Assembly (NCBI GenBank): GCA_964016885.1
Contig: OZ024745.1
Coordinates: 132,618,001-132,682,000, forward strand
Reading direction: 5' to 3'
Source: Eledone cirrhosa
Lineage: Eukaryota
DNA length: 64,000 nt
In this document: positions 43,197 through 58,199 of the stretch, in pieces
Numbering within the stretch: position 1 is the stretch's first letter
Layout of the letters: every line of letters begins with the position of its first letter
The notes under the pieces: model-generated
Told to the model about the DNA's origin: nothing
What the model saw: the letters and a program-made list of their open reading frames with translations, nothing else
The model's database searches: none
Made by a program: the position numbers and the translations under genes

Positions 43197-43436
43197 TTGG
43201 ATTGGCACTATCGGTAGAGGGTTGGACGCCATTATTATATTTTATATGCGTTGGATTGGCAGTATCAGTAGAGGCTCGGACGCCATGCTTTGCAGCAAAG
43301 AGTTACGGCCTTTTCCATTATGAGTTCATATCCCGCTGAGGTTAACTTTGCCTTTCATCCTTACGGGGTCGATAAAATAAAGTACCAGTAATAAACTAGG
43401 ATAATTGCTGGCCTTGTGCCAACAGTAGAAACAATT
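43197..43436 (+). mobile_element. OK/OR-like SINE with duplicated head and TSD
   Basis: attttatatgcgtt occurs at 43185, 43239 and 43439. Confidence 0.85.
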
Positions 43437-44320
43437 TTATTTTATATGCGTTTCTTCTGAAACAGATGTAGCTGAGAATTACTCTTTATCATGACTTTCT
43501 TACTGTAATTCCAACTGGGTACTCTCAGGATCAACGGACAGTCTTGTCTGATGGTCGTGTGAGTACATAGGTGAATATTAAGAGTAAGAAGACTCATCAC
43601 GTTGCCACAATAAAGGATATATATATATATGTATATATATGTGTGTATGTGCGTGTATCTATATGCTTTTAAGAATCGAGACTTATCTGAAGACCTTGCG
43701 ATTTCAGAGTCAGGTTCGATCATTTCATCGATCGTGCCTCGAGCTGGCCGACAGAGAATTTTTTTTATAATTTTCGTTCTAAGTTTACATATACTCCACA
43801 TTGATTGAGGTTAAACTTGACAACTCTATTAAACACGTATTATATAATTAATATATGTTAAGATATTGCTTCGATTGTAGAGACGTTATTTTACTTCACT
43901 CATATATAGAACGCCTATTTCTCCGGTGATAATTTCTACTAATAACACGGCGCGGTGTTTTGGCTAACTATATTAGAGATATGTACCTCATTATGTCATT
44001 GTTTGTTTCATATCATTACAAGTTTGATATTATAATTATGAACCACATCATGATCAATACACTTCAAGACAAACTACTATCTTTGTTTCTGCCAGCTGAA
44101 ACCAATACTATTTGATCTTTAATATACACATACATAGATTCGTGCATTCATACACACACACATACACACGCACAGACACAGACATATACACAAACTCACC
44201 GACGCACACACGCGCGCGCGCACACACGCGCGCGCACACACACACTCACACACACAAACACACATATATATATAAACATATATACTCACGCACACACAAG
44301 TATTTATCTCTCTCTCTTAC

Positions 44321-44400
<80 letters not shown>

Positions 44401-44699
44401 AGTAAATTATAGTCAAATAGAGAGAGATATGTAGTAATTTCACCGACGTCTGATAGCAAGGTGATAATTATAGTCGGTTCACCTTAATTATTATTGCTCG
44501 ATAAGAGAATAATTATTTCGCCTCAGGACAGGTAGGTTTATATATTACATCCTAAGAATTTACATAGTTGCCAACTTGAATTTCAATAAAAATTAAACAT
44601 GATGAAAATATTGCCTCCTAGACCAACGACGCCGATATCAAACTGAACTTATTTATGGACAGTTTATATAAGTGTGTTTAATCATTTAAACCAAATGTG

Positions 44700-45250
44700 T
44701 GGTACGGGTGCAAAGAATACTTAGCTATGCTAATCACTCGTCAATTTTGTAGATGGTAGAACAGATATCGCTAAAAGGAAAGATATCGCTGCGAAAAAGA
44801 AAGAACGCTGCAGCAGAACCCTTCAGATATATAATAGTCCAAAAGGTGAAAGATGACCTAAGCGATGTAATATTAAAGCTAGAATAGAAGACAAACACTG
44901 AGATATGGGGTTAGTAAGAGGTGATGTAGATGATAGAATGTGGAGAAAAATCTCATTCGCGATTTGAAAACGTTTGAGAGATTATGTCTCTGAGGATAGT
45001 ATGGAATTTAGTGGACTTGCATGGGACAAAATTGTTTACAATCAGTTTCAAATATATCCGTTTCAAGAATGTAGTGCGGGTTGCTCTCACCTGAATCTTT
45101 TCATCATCCATATAGTTTTGTGGAACTTTACTGTCCAAACAGACCGAAAAATAGATGCAAATGGACCTGATATAATACTGGGCTTTTACTTGGACTTTTT
45201 GTTTCAGAGTTTCCTTTGTTGATATTAGTACTTCTATAGATACCATATCT
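44700..45250 (-). mobile_element. Possible PLE N-terminal coding remnant
   Basis: KIQVRATRTTFLKRIYLKLIVNNFVP loosely resembles PLE N-terminal FL..C...VP. Confidence 0.3.
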
Positions 45251-45289
45251 TCTCTTTAGCTTTATTCACTACCTGGATCTTACATCATT

Positions 45290-46410
45290 TCCAGTGATTA
45301 GTTCACTGCTCTTTCGCTTTTTGTGGAAGGGACGGGCTCGGATTGTCAGGCGGCCCATCTGTTGTTAACACCCGCTACGGGGAAGGCTGGGCTAAGGCTA
45401 CGGCATCTCCACCTCTTCCTCGACGTAATCAGGCGTGGTCGCCACTTGCTCGACGCGTATTTCCTCAGTTCGTCTCCTTGATGGAGCTGCAGTCCTGGGT
45501 CAAGCGAAGACCGAGGGGGAACGCTTGGAGACTGGAATGTCTTCAGGCGCTCACAGCTCTCGACGAGTCGGGCAATGCGATCGGTGAAAACTCCACCTTG
45601 GTGTTCTATAGAGAGTTAGTGGAGGGAAAGAGCGACGACGTTCTTGGGGAGACTCTGGGCGTCGACGAAAACGACTAGTCAATCTCTTCAGGAGAACTTT
45701 CGGGCCGGAGCCATGGACAACTTCCAGAATTCCCTGGCCTGACAGGGCTACCAAGGAGCTTTGCCAGTTCCGGATAAACTCTACAGGTATGGAAGTGCCG
45801 TCAGCCGGTACTGTCCGAGATGCGCGCAGGGTGACGAAACCGTCCTTCACGCACCGTCCAGTGTCCGAGCATCGCAGACTTGTGGGTATAAGTCGAACAT
45901 CTTCTGTCCCGTGTAGGACGGATCCAGCTAACAGCTGAGTCCACAGTGAAGATTACCCTTTGGCCCTCCTTTAACTAGGAGAGGCAGGCAGTTTTTATCT
46001 GCCTGGTGGCCATGGTAAAAGAGGTCGTATGGTGGACACATCTGAAAGGGTTGAAGACGGTCACTTTCCTCTTCGGTGACGATCTCATTATCCTTTTCAG
46101 GTTTCGCATGAAAAGGAAAATCAGTTTGTTGAAAGGTGGGTGAGAGAGGCAAGAATGATATGTGTGAATGGGCCTACCCTGTGCGTGTGCTTCCCGAAAA
46201 CTGGAAGAGAGCGCTTGCCCTAGCGGTCAGGGTAACCGTGTCTTCTTTTTGTGTGCTTTCTCCATAGTGAAACAATTTCCTTGTTTCATTTTGTTACATC
46301 CTCTGTTCTTTGTTTTTTACACGCCGACATGCCCAATTCTATTGTCCTGCACCGTCCTGTGTTGTCCTTAATGTTATACTCTATGTCAATACGTGTGGTT
46401 AATAAAGAAA
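45290..46410 (+). mobile_element. L1/Tx1-type LINE ORF2 3' fragment with 3' UTR
   Basis: LLFRFLWKG...HPLRGRLG; ALPVPDKLYRYG...CPRCAQGDETVLHA..QCPSIADLW zinc knuckle; AATAAA at 46401. Confidence 0.8.
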
Positions 46411-46419
46411 GCATTACAA

Positions 46420-46690
46420 TTATTGTTTGATCTCAGTCATTGATGTTATTTAACTGGAAAGTTTATTGAAATGAATATCAAGCGGCTAACTGCAGCCTCA
46501 GATATTCAGGACGTATCGGAGGGTTCTTGCTGTTCCCAGCAAGCATGCCTTTTGAAGTGACCCCAAAAAGGGGGCTGGATGTTCTTTAACCATCCTTGAA
46601 AAGTCTTTGAGATATTACCTTGTGCTCCTATGACAACGGGACGACCTTGATCTCATGACAGTCCCAAATACTGTTTAACTCCCACTTTAA
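46420..46690 (-). mobile_element. R4/Dong-type RLE LINE 3' end
   Basis: IKVVPVVIGAQG...LQKACLLGTARTLRYVLNI*; the 3' end recurs at about 51112-51200 next to (ATT)n. Confidence 0.75.
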
Positions 46691-48379
46691 ATTATTATTA
46701 TTATTACTGTTGATTTAGTGAAGGTGGTGGTAATGATGATGTGTTTATTGCAGTGTTTTTATAAATGTTACCTCTATCTCATTCTATTGCTTAATTACAT
46801 CACCTCATTATATAAATCAATATTACTGTCTTTGTACTTTGTAAGAGTTGCATTGTTTACTCTACCGTATAATATTCTTGTGCCAATTTCAATTACTATA
46901 TTAGAATCTCCAGACCTAGACCACCTCTATCTTAAATTTTACTTGAATTGCCGTATTAGAATTATACGCCTTGTCTCCTTAGTTTACCTGTAGACGATGC
47001 CTAACATTTATATAAAGAAAACTATGTTTTTGTTAATTGTATTTTATACTAAAGTATTACTGGATTATTTATTAAGTGATAAATACTATCTCATCTAACT
47101 AGCGTTAGAATATGAAAATAAGAACGGCAGATAATATCAAAACCTATTTCATGGTTATTAAAACACATGTAACAACTGACAACATTCGCAATCAAAGGGA
47201 AACTACTTGAATTTCAACTGCCGAAAGAAATCTAGTATGTTTCCCGAAAGAAAATGGACGCAAATTAGACGGAACATCTTCTGTAGTAAGGCAAAGGTGA
47301 AGAAAGGAACTGTAAAAGGATCATGGTAGAAAGAATATTTTAAAGATCAGTTTCGGATGTAGCTGTAGAAACAAAAGCAATCTAGGAAAACCGTAGTCAA
47401 ATAATTCTACGATTGCAATGTGAAGAGTGTGCAGCACAAACATAGAAGTCGATTCTTAGAGATAAATATAGAGGTTCTATTATCAAAGAAAATAAGGAAA
47501 CAAATATCAGTAGAAAATGAGTAAATATAAATATATTTCGAAATGTTATTATAGTATTGAATAAGATTCAACAGCAAGTTTTCACAAGAGGACAGTTTAC
47601 TGCGTCATTCATAAGGGCCAATGTGTATTTCCAATTTCTTGACAAACATTTCACTTGTATCAGATTAACTCTTACTAGATGACTGATACCAAAAATGTGA
47701 AATAATAAGAATACTTCAATAAAATTAGTTGAATTCAAACAGAGAGGCAAGGGCTGACGCGTACCAACAGTCACGGTCAATAATTACATTGAAATATTGC
47801 AATGTTTAAATGCTAAAAGCGTTAGAGACCCTTAAGAAAGTTGTTGACTCTTCGTACTGCATGGTAAATCAAGAGTAATTGTACGTTTGGCAATGCATTT
47901 GGAAAGAGAATGGTGTTTATTTCAACAATGTAAATACGAGGCAGGCATTAGCAGTCTTTCATTGAGAAAACACACACTTGTCCGCATTGTTCTTCGGGAA
48001 CTAACAAGACGTAATGAGTCGAAGTGTGCTTCATTAATTCCATCGTGAACCATTATATATTGAACAAGATGACAACAATGTGGAAGCTAAGAATTCACAG
48101 CGCTGGTAAAACTAATCCAACAATACATAATGTACATCCCATAGAAATCCAACGTTTCCATCTCACAATGTTATTGGTTAATATGAAGGAAGAATCGGAT
48201 TTCAAGTATTTGCGGACAGTGGATAGAAATGTTATTCCCGTTTAAAGAATCTGTTCAATAAAAATATGTAATCCACAATGAAGATGGATTCTTTAGAGTT
48301 ATGACTGAAACGTTTTCGTTTTCAAACAATAAAATAATAGAGAAATTATTAAATCTAATATGTTTATAGTAAAATCATA

Positions 48380-48835
48380 TGTTGATGTAATCCATTCCAG
48401 GATACACAACTATAATTTCAAGCAGACCAAGCTTATCCACTTCAACATTACAAAAATGCCTAATGAAGAATAATGGAGATATTATGTAGGAAAGAATGTT
48501 CTCGCTGTTTTGCAAATTGTTATTGATCAGGTCAAGATTCGATGGGAATTTATGGTTTAGTGTGAAAATGAAATTAACAAGGCAAACCCGATATTGTGGG
48601 TAGCAACAAAGTTAACATACAATATTTGTTACTAGATGTCCCACTAACAATAAGGTTTGTGACAAAGGATTAAGGAAGATTGAGAGGAACTACTAGCATG
48701 GGAGATAACATATTTAGAGTCCACGAAAAAGTCTAAGGTGATCCCAGTGGTGGTTGTAGAACATGGCACTGTAAACATCAGAATTAAAAGCTATTAAAAA
48801 TACAGTAGGGTGGGACCCCACAGAAAGCAACACTC
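48380..48835 (+). mobile_element. Decayed RLE-type LINE C-terminal fragment
   Basis: VKI.WEF...PDIV...LLDV.., KVIPVVV, QKA motifs, heavily disrupted. Confidence 0.5.
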
Positions 48836-48970
48836 GTGAAAGCAGCGATTCTTTGCTTAAACTTTAATCTGTTATTTTAATAAATATTTGCTCTACGGTT
48901 CTTATATATTTGATATATATTTATCCTTATCGAGCTCTCTTTGGATTTTAGTCTTCAAATTTATTATTAT

Positions 48971-49018
<48 letters not shown>
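48836..49018 (+). mobile_element. Family A element, longest copy
   Basis: gtgaaagcagcgattctttgcttaaac...(TA)n; its 5' part also occurs at about 22755-22803 (-). Confidence 0.75.
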
Positions 49019-49022
<4 letters not shown>

Positions 49023-49637
49023 AGCATTTCCCACTTTGTCTTAACTCATAATATTTAAGTACGTTTCAGACAAAAACGTATATTTTAAATTTAATTTTTT
49101 CTGAAAACTAAATGGAAGAAAAAAGAAAAAACGCACACACACATACACACACACACACACACACATACACACACACATAAAAACACACACAAACACACAC
49201 ACACACATACACACACACACACACACACAAACATACACACACACATACACACACACACACACAAACATACACACCTATTTTCTGTCAAACTTAGCAAATA
49301 TCATTTAACTTATTTCTGAATGATAATGCTTTAGGAATAGCTGTCGAGAGAAACAAATGTTGACAATAACATTGAGAAGGACAGCCACATGAAAGGTTAG
49401 TGATGTCTGCAACAGATTTTAGTTGAAATTTATCCATTTCAAGAAAGAAGTATGAAATTGTTCTCTGGGATTAACCTCTGACTTATGTCAGTTGGTGTTT
49501 CATAAAATGAATGTCTTAAAATTGCTGCTCTGATGTTGCCCGAGGATTTGCAATGCTATGATTGAGTCAATTATATAGATACTCTTCATATGATTATTGT
49601 GATGCTAACAGTATTATTATTATTATTACATTGTGTA

Positions 49638-49706
49638 AGGGCGGTGGATTGGCAGTATCGGTAGAGGGTCGGACGTCATGCTTTGACGCATAGAGTTACG
49701 GCCCTT
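49638..49706 (+). mobile_element. OK/OR-like SINE head, truncated by family H element
   Basis: gggcggtggattggcagtatcggtagagggtcggac... Confidence 0.8.
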
Positions 49707-49710
49707 TCCC

Positions 49711-50376
49711 TTTATTATAAACCGAGCATTATAATAAATATTCGGTGAATCCATACGTACATATATATATGTGTGCATGTATTATATATATATACATATA
49801 CTGTACGTCTGTATACATATATGTATGTACGTATACATACTTATATTTAAGTAACAGCCTTACTAAGAGTGAGAAATGAAATTTCGTTTCATTTTTTCCA
49901 TTTATCGATTTCGGTACACCCGCCGATTAACTCACTCAATATGCAAATTAGGCTGCGATATGCAAATTAGGCTGCTCAGCCGTTAATATGAATAAGCAAA
50001 GTATATACCTTCAGGCGTTCAATCATCTGGCAGGAAGTATATGGTGCTGACGATAGCTAATAAGCTTGAAACTAGTACATCGTTCCTTTGTCAGTATTGA
50101 ACAAAAGGGCAACGATGGTTGCTAAACACCGTACGGCTTAATTCAGGATGTTTGTTTACAAACAAACCGAGCATTATAATAAATGTTCGGTAAATCCATA
50201 CGTACATATATATATATATATATATATGTGTGTGCATGTATGTATATATATACATACTACTGTACGTCTGTATACATATATGTATGTACGTATACATACT
50301 TATATTTAAGTAACAGCCGTACTAAGAGTGAGAAATGAAATTCCGTTTCATTTTTTCCATTTATATATATATATAT
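49711..50376 (+). mobile_element. Family H HHR element, partial tandem with period about 445 bp
   Basis: accgagcatt at 49721 and 50166; repeated block of about 190 bp; ends in (TA)n. Confidence 0.85.
50041..50083 (+). ncRNA. Minimal type I hammerhead ribozyme (family H)
   Basis: atggtg-CTGACGA-tagctaataagctt-GAAA-ctag-TA-catcgt. Confidence 0.72.
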
Positions 50377-50897
50377 GCATCATTGATATATCTATCATCG
50401 CTTCACCTTAATAAATGATAGCAGTCTCCACATCACATCATTTATTCCTGCAAGTTTACACCCTGCCATGTGCGCAGAGGGGACTTTTTAAATCAGCAAC
50501 AAAATGTAAGACTGAGACTCCACCCAGGCACAGACAACAGTCGAAATTAGGACATATGCGCACTAGTGTGTGAAGAACCACGACTGCTCCCACCTAAACC
50601 AGACCTTCCAATTTGGTGAATCTACGAAGCTGGTGGTATTTTATTGACACAATTTCGTGTGTCAGCCAATATCTGAGGTAATATGTCGAATGACTAGATG
50701 GAGCCAAGAATCCAGATAATGAAATTTAGAATGGGATAAATGAGAGCACGCAAGACTAAATCTCCCCGTGTAAGTTGTTAATTTCATGTATGTTCTAAGT
50801 TTAAATACAGCCGAGTTCGAATTTCCATTTACTTTCTGGGTATATGCATCCCCGTTAAGTTTACTGTCAAATGCATCTGCGTGTCTTACATTAATTA

Positions 50898-51112
50898 GGG
50901 CGGTGGATTGGCAGTATCGGTAGAGGGTCGGACGCCATGCTTTCCAGCATAGTTACGTCCCTTTACGATATGAGTTCAAATCCCGCCGAGGTTGACTTTG
51001 CCTTTCATCCATACGGGGTCGATAAAATAAAATACCAGTAATGTACTGTGTAATTGCTGGCCTTGTGCCAAAAGTAGAAACAATTATTATTATTATTATT
51101 ATTATTATTATT
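50898..51112 (+). mobile_element. OK/OR-like SINE with (ATT)n tail
   Basis: Full head, B-box and body. Confidence 0.88.
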
Positions 51113-52904
51113 GTTCTTTGAGTCTCAGTCATTGACGTCAGTTAACTGGAAAGTTTGTTGAAATGAATATCAAGCCACTACCTGCAGCCTCAGCTATTTC
51201 GCTGTTAATAAACAACGCTTTTCACGTTGCTCCACTCCTCATTGTACGCCGTCCAGCCCCAAGTGCATATTTCTGTTTTTTTTCCTGAAACTGCTTCTTT
51301 ATAATAAACTTTCAATAATATTTTTCAAATTATTGGTACTGTATGTTAACAGCGAAAGAACGTTGATGAGTTAACAAATTTTTATGAAATTGTAAATAAC
51401 TCATCCAAGTATTAGAACAGGGGGAAATAACTAATCGAACGCGATAATAAATAGACCGTTTGGGGGCCCTAGGTACCACAATTTTCAAGTTAAAGATTTG
51501 AAACCTCGTCTATTTGCTTCCTTGGCACTTTTTACACAGGTGTGTATGTCCGTCCGACCACATCTACTACCATTTAACCGTGCACATCTGAATTTCAACC
51601 ACCACCCATTTAACAAATATATATTAGATAACGCTCTGAATAATGTAACTGTGATTATATACAAGGCTGATTACAAAACCGTACTAAAATATTTGGAAGT
51701 ATATATTCATAGATGTGCGGTAATAAAGTATCTGCTGATTATAAAGCAACCCAGAACGTTATCAAAATGTCTGCAAATAAATAGGTTTGCTGATAAAAAT
51801 GAGTATCTTTAAATTAACATTTATAACACAATTACTCGGGAAATATTGTCCCGCAAAAGTCGTCCCCTACAGCTCGTGATATATCGATTTTATGTGCTGA
51901 CGATTCCAAGGGGAAAGTGACTGTGTTTGGCTGATTAATACTGGAGGCACTCATAAATATAAACATGCTGTGGCAGGCGAAAAACTGGGTCATCGCTGTT
52001 TTAGAAGCGGGAATGTGTTTAAAAAAATTATTACCAAAGTATAATGACATGGATTATGATAGACAACTGATTTTCTTATTGAATGTTTACGAATTGTGCA
52101 CCACTGGCGTATTGGACAGAGCCATGAATATAGGGAAGTTTTCTAAAACGGTTTGCTGAGAAAAGGTCATATATGAAGGTGTAGGTAAATAGGATCAAAT
52201 ATTCAAGGTCACATTTGCTCACGACTTAGAGAATTGTTGGTCTATGGTTGCATAAACCATCGACATAACGAATTTGGTGTTGCATTTATTTTCAATCTTA
52301 AACAATCATCATTCAGTTTGCTTCAGATACAACAAAAGGTGTAAAAAACATTATCTTTAACTATATATATATAATTTAAATCCAGGTACACATTAAGTAT
52401 CTATTTCCTCAATCAAGGAAATATATGTTTGTTAGAATTATTTTACTATTTAATGTCTTTAGGTATTTTACTTTATATAACTGACACATTTATTTCGGAG
52501 ATCGCGGTATGTCAATTACAATTTTCACTTTCTAAAAGTGGTTTTTCATATGGATTTAGCTGTTCCGTAATATACATTTAATCAAATCTGTTGTAAATAA
52601 CATATATAACCCTGGGGATGCTTGAAAATAAGCTATACAGTCTTTTACCTCTCAGTGAAAATAGAAATAGGAGTTTCGCTGTAATATTTTTCACTATATT
52701 ACATAGTCTAATAATGGGGCGTATAAACCCAGTAAACGGAAAATAGATGGGTATTAGCTTACATGGGAGTCGAACTCACACCTCTCCGTTGCCGGACGAG
52801 TACACTACAATTATTAGACTATATTATATTGTCGGTCACCACATTCCGAACATAATTCCTTTTTTCCTACACACACACACACACATACACACACACACAC
52901 ACAT

Positions 52905-52976
<72 letters not shown>

Positions 52977-52977
52977 T

Positions 52978-53014
<37 letters not shown>

Positions 53015-53134
53015 GGAAGTTTAGTTAAATCGAAGCTTCGGATATAGCCTACCCAACGAGATACAGTCAGGGTTTAGGCAGCCAAGCACTCCATGGGAAA
53101 TCTCAGAGTGATAACATTCGTTAAAAGGCATGAC

Positions 53135-54002
<868 letters not shown>

Positions 54003-54577
54003 TTCATGTATTGTCTCATGAATTCTTAAGACGAAATAATGGCTTAATATTTATTTGTATAGGGAGACTTTGGTGCTCTTTCTAGCTGAACGAGTGAGCA
54101 CACATTTAACCAGTATTTTTCAACATACCTTTCCAGCATACATTTTCAGGAGCATACCCTCTTTTCAGATGTGAAAAGAAAACTGTTAAAAAGCCGATTG
54201 ATCAATGTGTTCTTCAGTAAGTTGTCTTCGTAGTAAAACAAGACGGACGGCCGACTGTGTTACGAAGGGCATCATACATGATGCGACAACAAGGCAAATA
54301 TAATAGCAAGAACAAGATAAGAAGAAATTATTCTCTCCGACCCCCACACGAAGTCCCACCTCAAAACTTCACACACGCAAACACCACACAGAAATCATTT
54401 TTTTACATTTTCGCTGCGTATTTTTGTTGCATCCCCTACACTACTCCACCTACACATTTACTTCACCTACACATAATGATATCGAGTTGTCTCTCAAATT
54501 AGTTTAGTATTATGCATGTCACCGTTAACCTTTTAACTTGCAGTATTTCTTATTAGTAGTTATCTAATGATCGTTGT

Positions 54578-54845
54578 GGAGGCACGTGACCTAGTGGTAA
54601 GAGTGTTGGACTTACGATCATACTGTCGTGCGCTGGATTCTTGAGAAAAACAGTTCATTTCACGTTACACCATTATACACATCTGAAAATGAGTACCAGC
54701 AATAGCTGGAGGTTTAACCCTGCGATGGACTGGCGTCCTGTCCAGGGGAAATCTTGTATTCTAAGTCGCATCACGCCATGAAACCGGGATAAGCACCGGC
54801 AAAATGAGCCTTCTGGCTTAAGACAAACTTTAGACTTTTTTTTTT
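54578..54845 (+). mobile_element. tRNA-derived SINE with conserved-domain-type 3' region
   Basis: Head gtgacctagtggtaagagtg; body ccctgcgatggactggcgtcctgtccagggg...gaaaccgggataagc. Confidence 0.7.
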
Positions 54846-57800
54846 TAGAATTATCGTTATCGAACTCGCTATATTATTAAGCGTACATAAGCTGTACGAT
54901 TGAGAATATTTTATGTTAAGCACCATCTAAAGCTGTACTTCACCATCAATATCCTATACATTGCAGCATTTCAAATCACATTAATTCGTAGCATAACATG
55001 GTATCACAAAAGCCATCAGGAAAACAAATATTAACATCCCTTGCCGGTGATAATTTGTTAAGCTGTGACAAGGTTATTTCATGCAGTACGATGTCTTCAA
55101 ATAGAAATATGTTATTAGTTAGTGACTTCTTTATCCGTTGGAAAACTTAAATTTAAATGTGTTTTCTGTTTTCATAGGTCTTGAGAATTATATTATGGTG
55201 AAATATGAATAAGATTGCCTAGAAATTTCATAATATAAACATAAAATCTAAAGCACATACTGCTGAAAGTTTAGTGGAACAAAAACAAGTTAGATAATAC
55301 AACGGAGGTTTACAGAACGTATTACATTTTATATTAAATATCTTTATATATATATACATCTCTCTTTACAAATTTCACATTTTGCGTTTCAATATATGAT
55401 GAATATATACCGAATGGAGACGATTACAGACCATACGTATATACATGTAAACAGGTAACCAAACACGCACGAAATTTATAATTCAATAACCGATACTAAA
55501 ACTTTAAACATTTAAACATCAAACGCAACTCATGTATTAGTTAACATACTTATTTTAGTAGGAATTATATTTGTAAAACTTTCGCTATATAACTTGACAC
55601 TCAAAACTAAATCAAAATTTCATTAAGTCTTCTAGTTTGCTAGACCTAAAGACACTGGTGTAATCTATTTTCTTTCAATTTACGTTTCAACGGTTTAGAT
55701 TTCATTCATCGTCTGGTGTAATATGTATGTGTTCTCACTGCTTTGCCTCAGTGTTATATGCAGAAGCGACCTCATAAACCTTCAAACGCTGGTGAATTCA
55801 ATGCATCTAATGCTCAGTTCAATAAATATGCAGGAAAAACTTGATAATATCTTGAAATTCAAGAGGATTATGGGTAAATAAAGGTATGAAAGCAGTATAA
55901 CTGTTGCTCAAATAAAACGTGCAGGATTAGTATCGAGATAAGAAACAGCACTTTCATAAATTGATTTGTAGCATGTATGTGAATGGGATTCGGTAAAACG
56001 TCGTACATCATTCAGTTTTTTTATATACTTGAATGAATGTATGTATAGCAGCAAAACTCTGCCCGGTGTCTGTGAAATACATCTATACGAATCATACCTG
56101 AAAAATACACAACCTTCATTCGAGGCGTGAAAGGAATGTCTATTTTTCATGAAGCTGTTTTGACAAACAACATATATATGAAATGGCTAGAAGAGAACAT
56201 TATAAATGTCCATGTCTAGTAAGTATAGCCATTGTGGGAAATTCACAAAGTCTTCGATATTCCTAACAATTCTATATAAAAGCATTTGTAGTCATAGAAA
56301 CTCGCTTTGGTAAACACTGTCCATGGACAATCTGATTACAGTTGCAATCTTATTAGGGCACTGTCAAATGACATATGCGCGTATGGAATGATTGTTATCT
56401 TTAATGTATGTATGTGTGTATGGCCAGATATAATTTGTTGAACTTTTATAGTAAATGTATTGTTGAACATGTAACCTGGTGATAAGAGGACAAATGAAAC
56501 GAGGGGACCGGATAGAGAACTTTATTACTATATATTGCAAGACAGAATCCTAGGTACATGAGGATTGCGAACACTTTATTTCTAGGTTGAAATGTATTAT
56601 AAATTACATATTCACACTCTGTATTGTGGTTAAGTAAACACCACTGCTTTTGCCAATATATTCAAATGGAAAATAACGCTAGTAAGCAGAGTATCATGAT
56701 TACAAAGAAAGTATATTCGCTGTCTGAGAGACAAGATGAAAGATAGTATGAAAGAACGATAGGTGGTAATATTTTAGAGATTTCCCGTCTTTGAGTAGGG
56801 AAAGGTGCAGCTTGTTCCAAGGAATTTAAATATTTTCTCGAAATAAATACCGAACAATTTGGTATATAATGTTGAGCTCCGAAGATGCGTTATGCATGAT
56901 ACTGTATCCAGGAAGATAATAAGATTATTCTATTCATGTGTGTTTTGTACAGTAAATAAAGCAACAACGTGGTCATCAGTAGGCCGTCTACTTAAATAGA
57001 CACATGTCATAATGATTGCAAATTTAATGTTGTTGTACAACTGACAAACCGTTTGATGTGTTCCGGTGGGAGTCCTGTAAACAAGCAGATCTATGATTAA
57101 AGGAATTGAATTATTTATTACAATGATACTACTTCACTACTATTCGGATGCTTTTTGAGCATATCGTAGCAGGCATTTATGTCTTTCAACTTCAACCAGT
57201 CACCGCAATACAACAGGATAAGTTCCAGCCATTGTAATCTATGGAGAATTTGGTATAATACCTGCTGAGAATTTGTTGTTCAGACTCAACACATGCCGAG
57301 CCTTTTTTATCCCTGCTACAAACAAGATAGTTTAAAAGTGAAGTCTAATGCGGGCAAGTGATGTACTGACAAACATCCATTTGAGATATAATGGAAGCAC
57401 TGTATACGCCGACATTCATATGAATCAGACATTTCCTTCTGTTTCACATATTCTAAACCCTTTTATATACCCACTTCACAACGTCTTAAACAAGAAACAT
57501 TGCACGGGAAGGTTTTCGCTGTGATGAATTAATTTTATCATAGATTTTCTTTTAAAGTTGAACTTGTGTCACACAACGAAAGCATGTATGAAATATAGAG
57601 CACAGGCTCGTAATATATAATATACAAAGGTAGAAAATAGGGCAGGCGACAGATCTGTTGGCACATACTGGATTCATGTGGTCAGGTAGAAAGCTTTTGA
57701 TCCAGGAATTGAGAGATGTGACAGAAAATTAAAAGATGGCATGTGACAAATACATGTGACAAATATATGTGACAAATACATGTGACAAATATATACGAAT

Positions 57801-58199
57801 TTAACATGGACGAAATATATGCTAAAATCAAATGTGAGAGCTAGCTTTCTGAAACTGAATCATCATTGGTGTATGACACGAGATGCTCCTAATATGTCTA
57901 CCCCACTCCTTTTATATCTACACCCATGAAAGTAGTTCAATATAGGAATAATCACTGAGAAGAACGTGCGGAAATAATGGTGATGAAGATTGGTATACAT
58001 ATTTATATGCGGAAACATAAAAACACATTGAAGTATGTAGCAGAATGAAAAAAGTGTGGAATATTTTTTAGTGGGTATGACTATCTCTGGACGGTACCAG
58101 TTGAACAGCCGTCACTTACTTTCAAGAAATTAGTGACTAGGAGTAAATGGATGGAAGAGAATGGAATCTTGTCGAAATGTTATTTGGGATACGTTTTGA

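Noticed and set aside
51893-51928. CTGACGA-ttccaaggg-GAAA-gtgac-TG hammerhead-like motif
   Set aside because: Position 17 would be G and stem I does not pair.
51832-52159. Short non-repetitive ORFs as possible host exons
   Set aside because: No recognisable domain or coherent splice pattern; small exons cannot be excluded without RNA-seq.
52764-52822. tRNA-like sequence on the minus strand (B-box gagttcgactccc)
   Set aside because: No convincing cloverleaf; probably a decayed SINE head rather than a tRNA gene.
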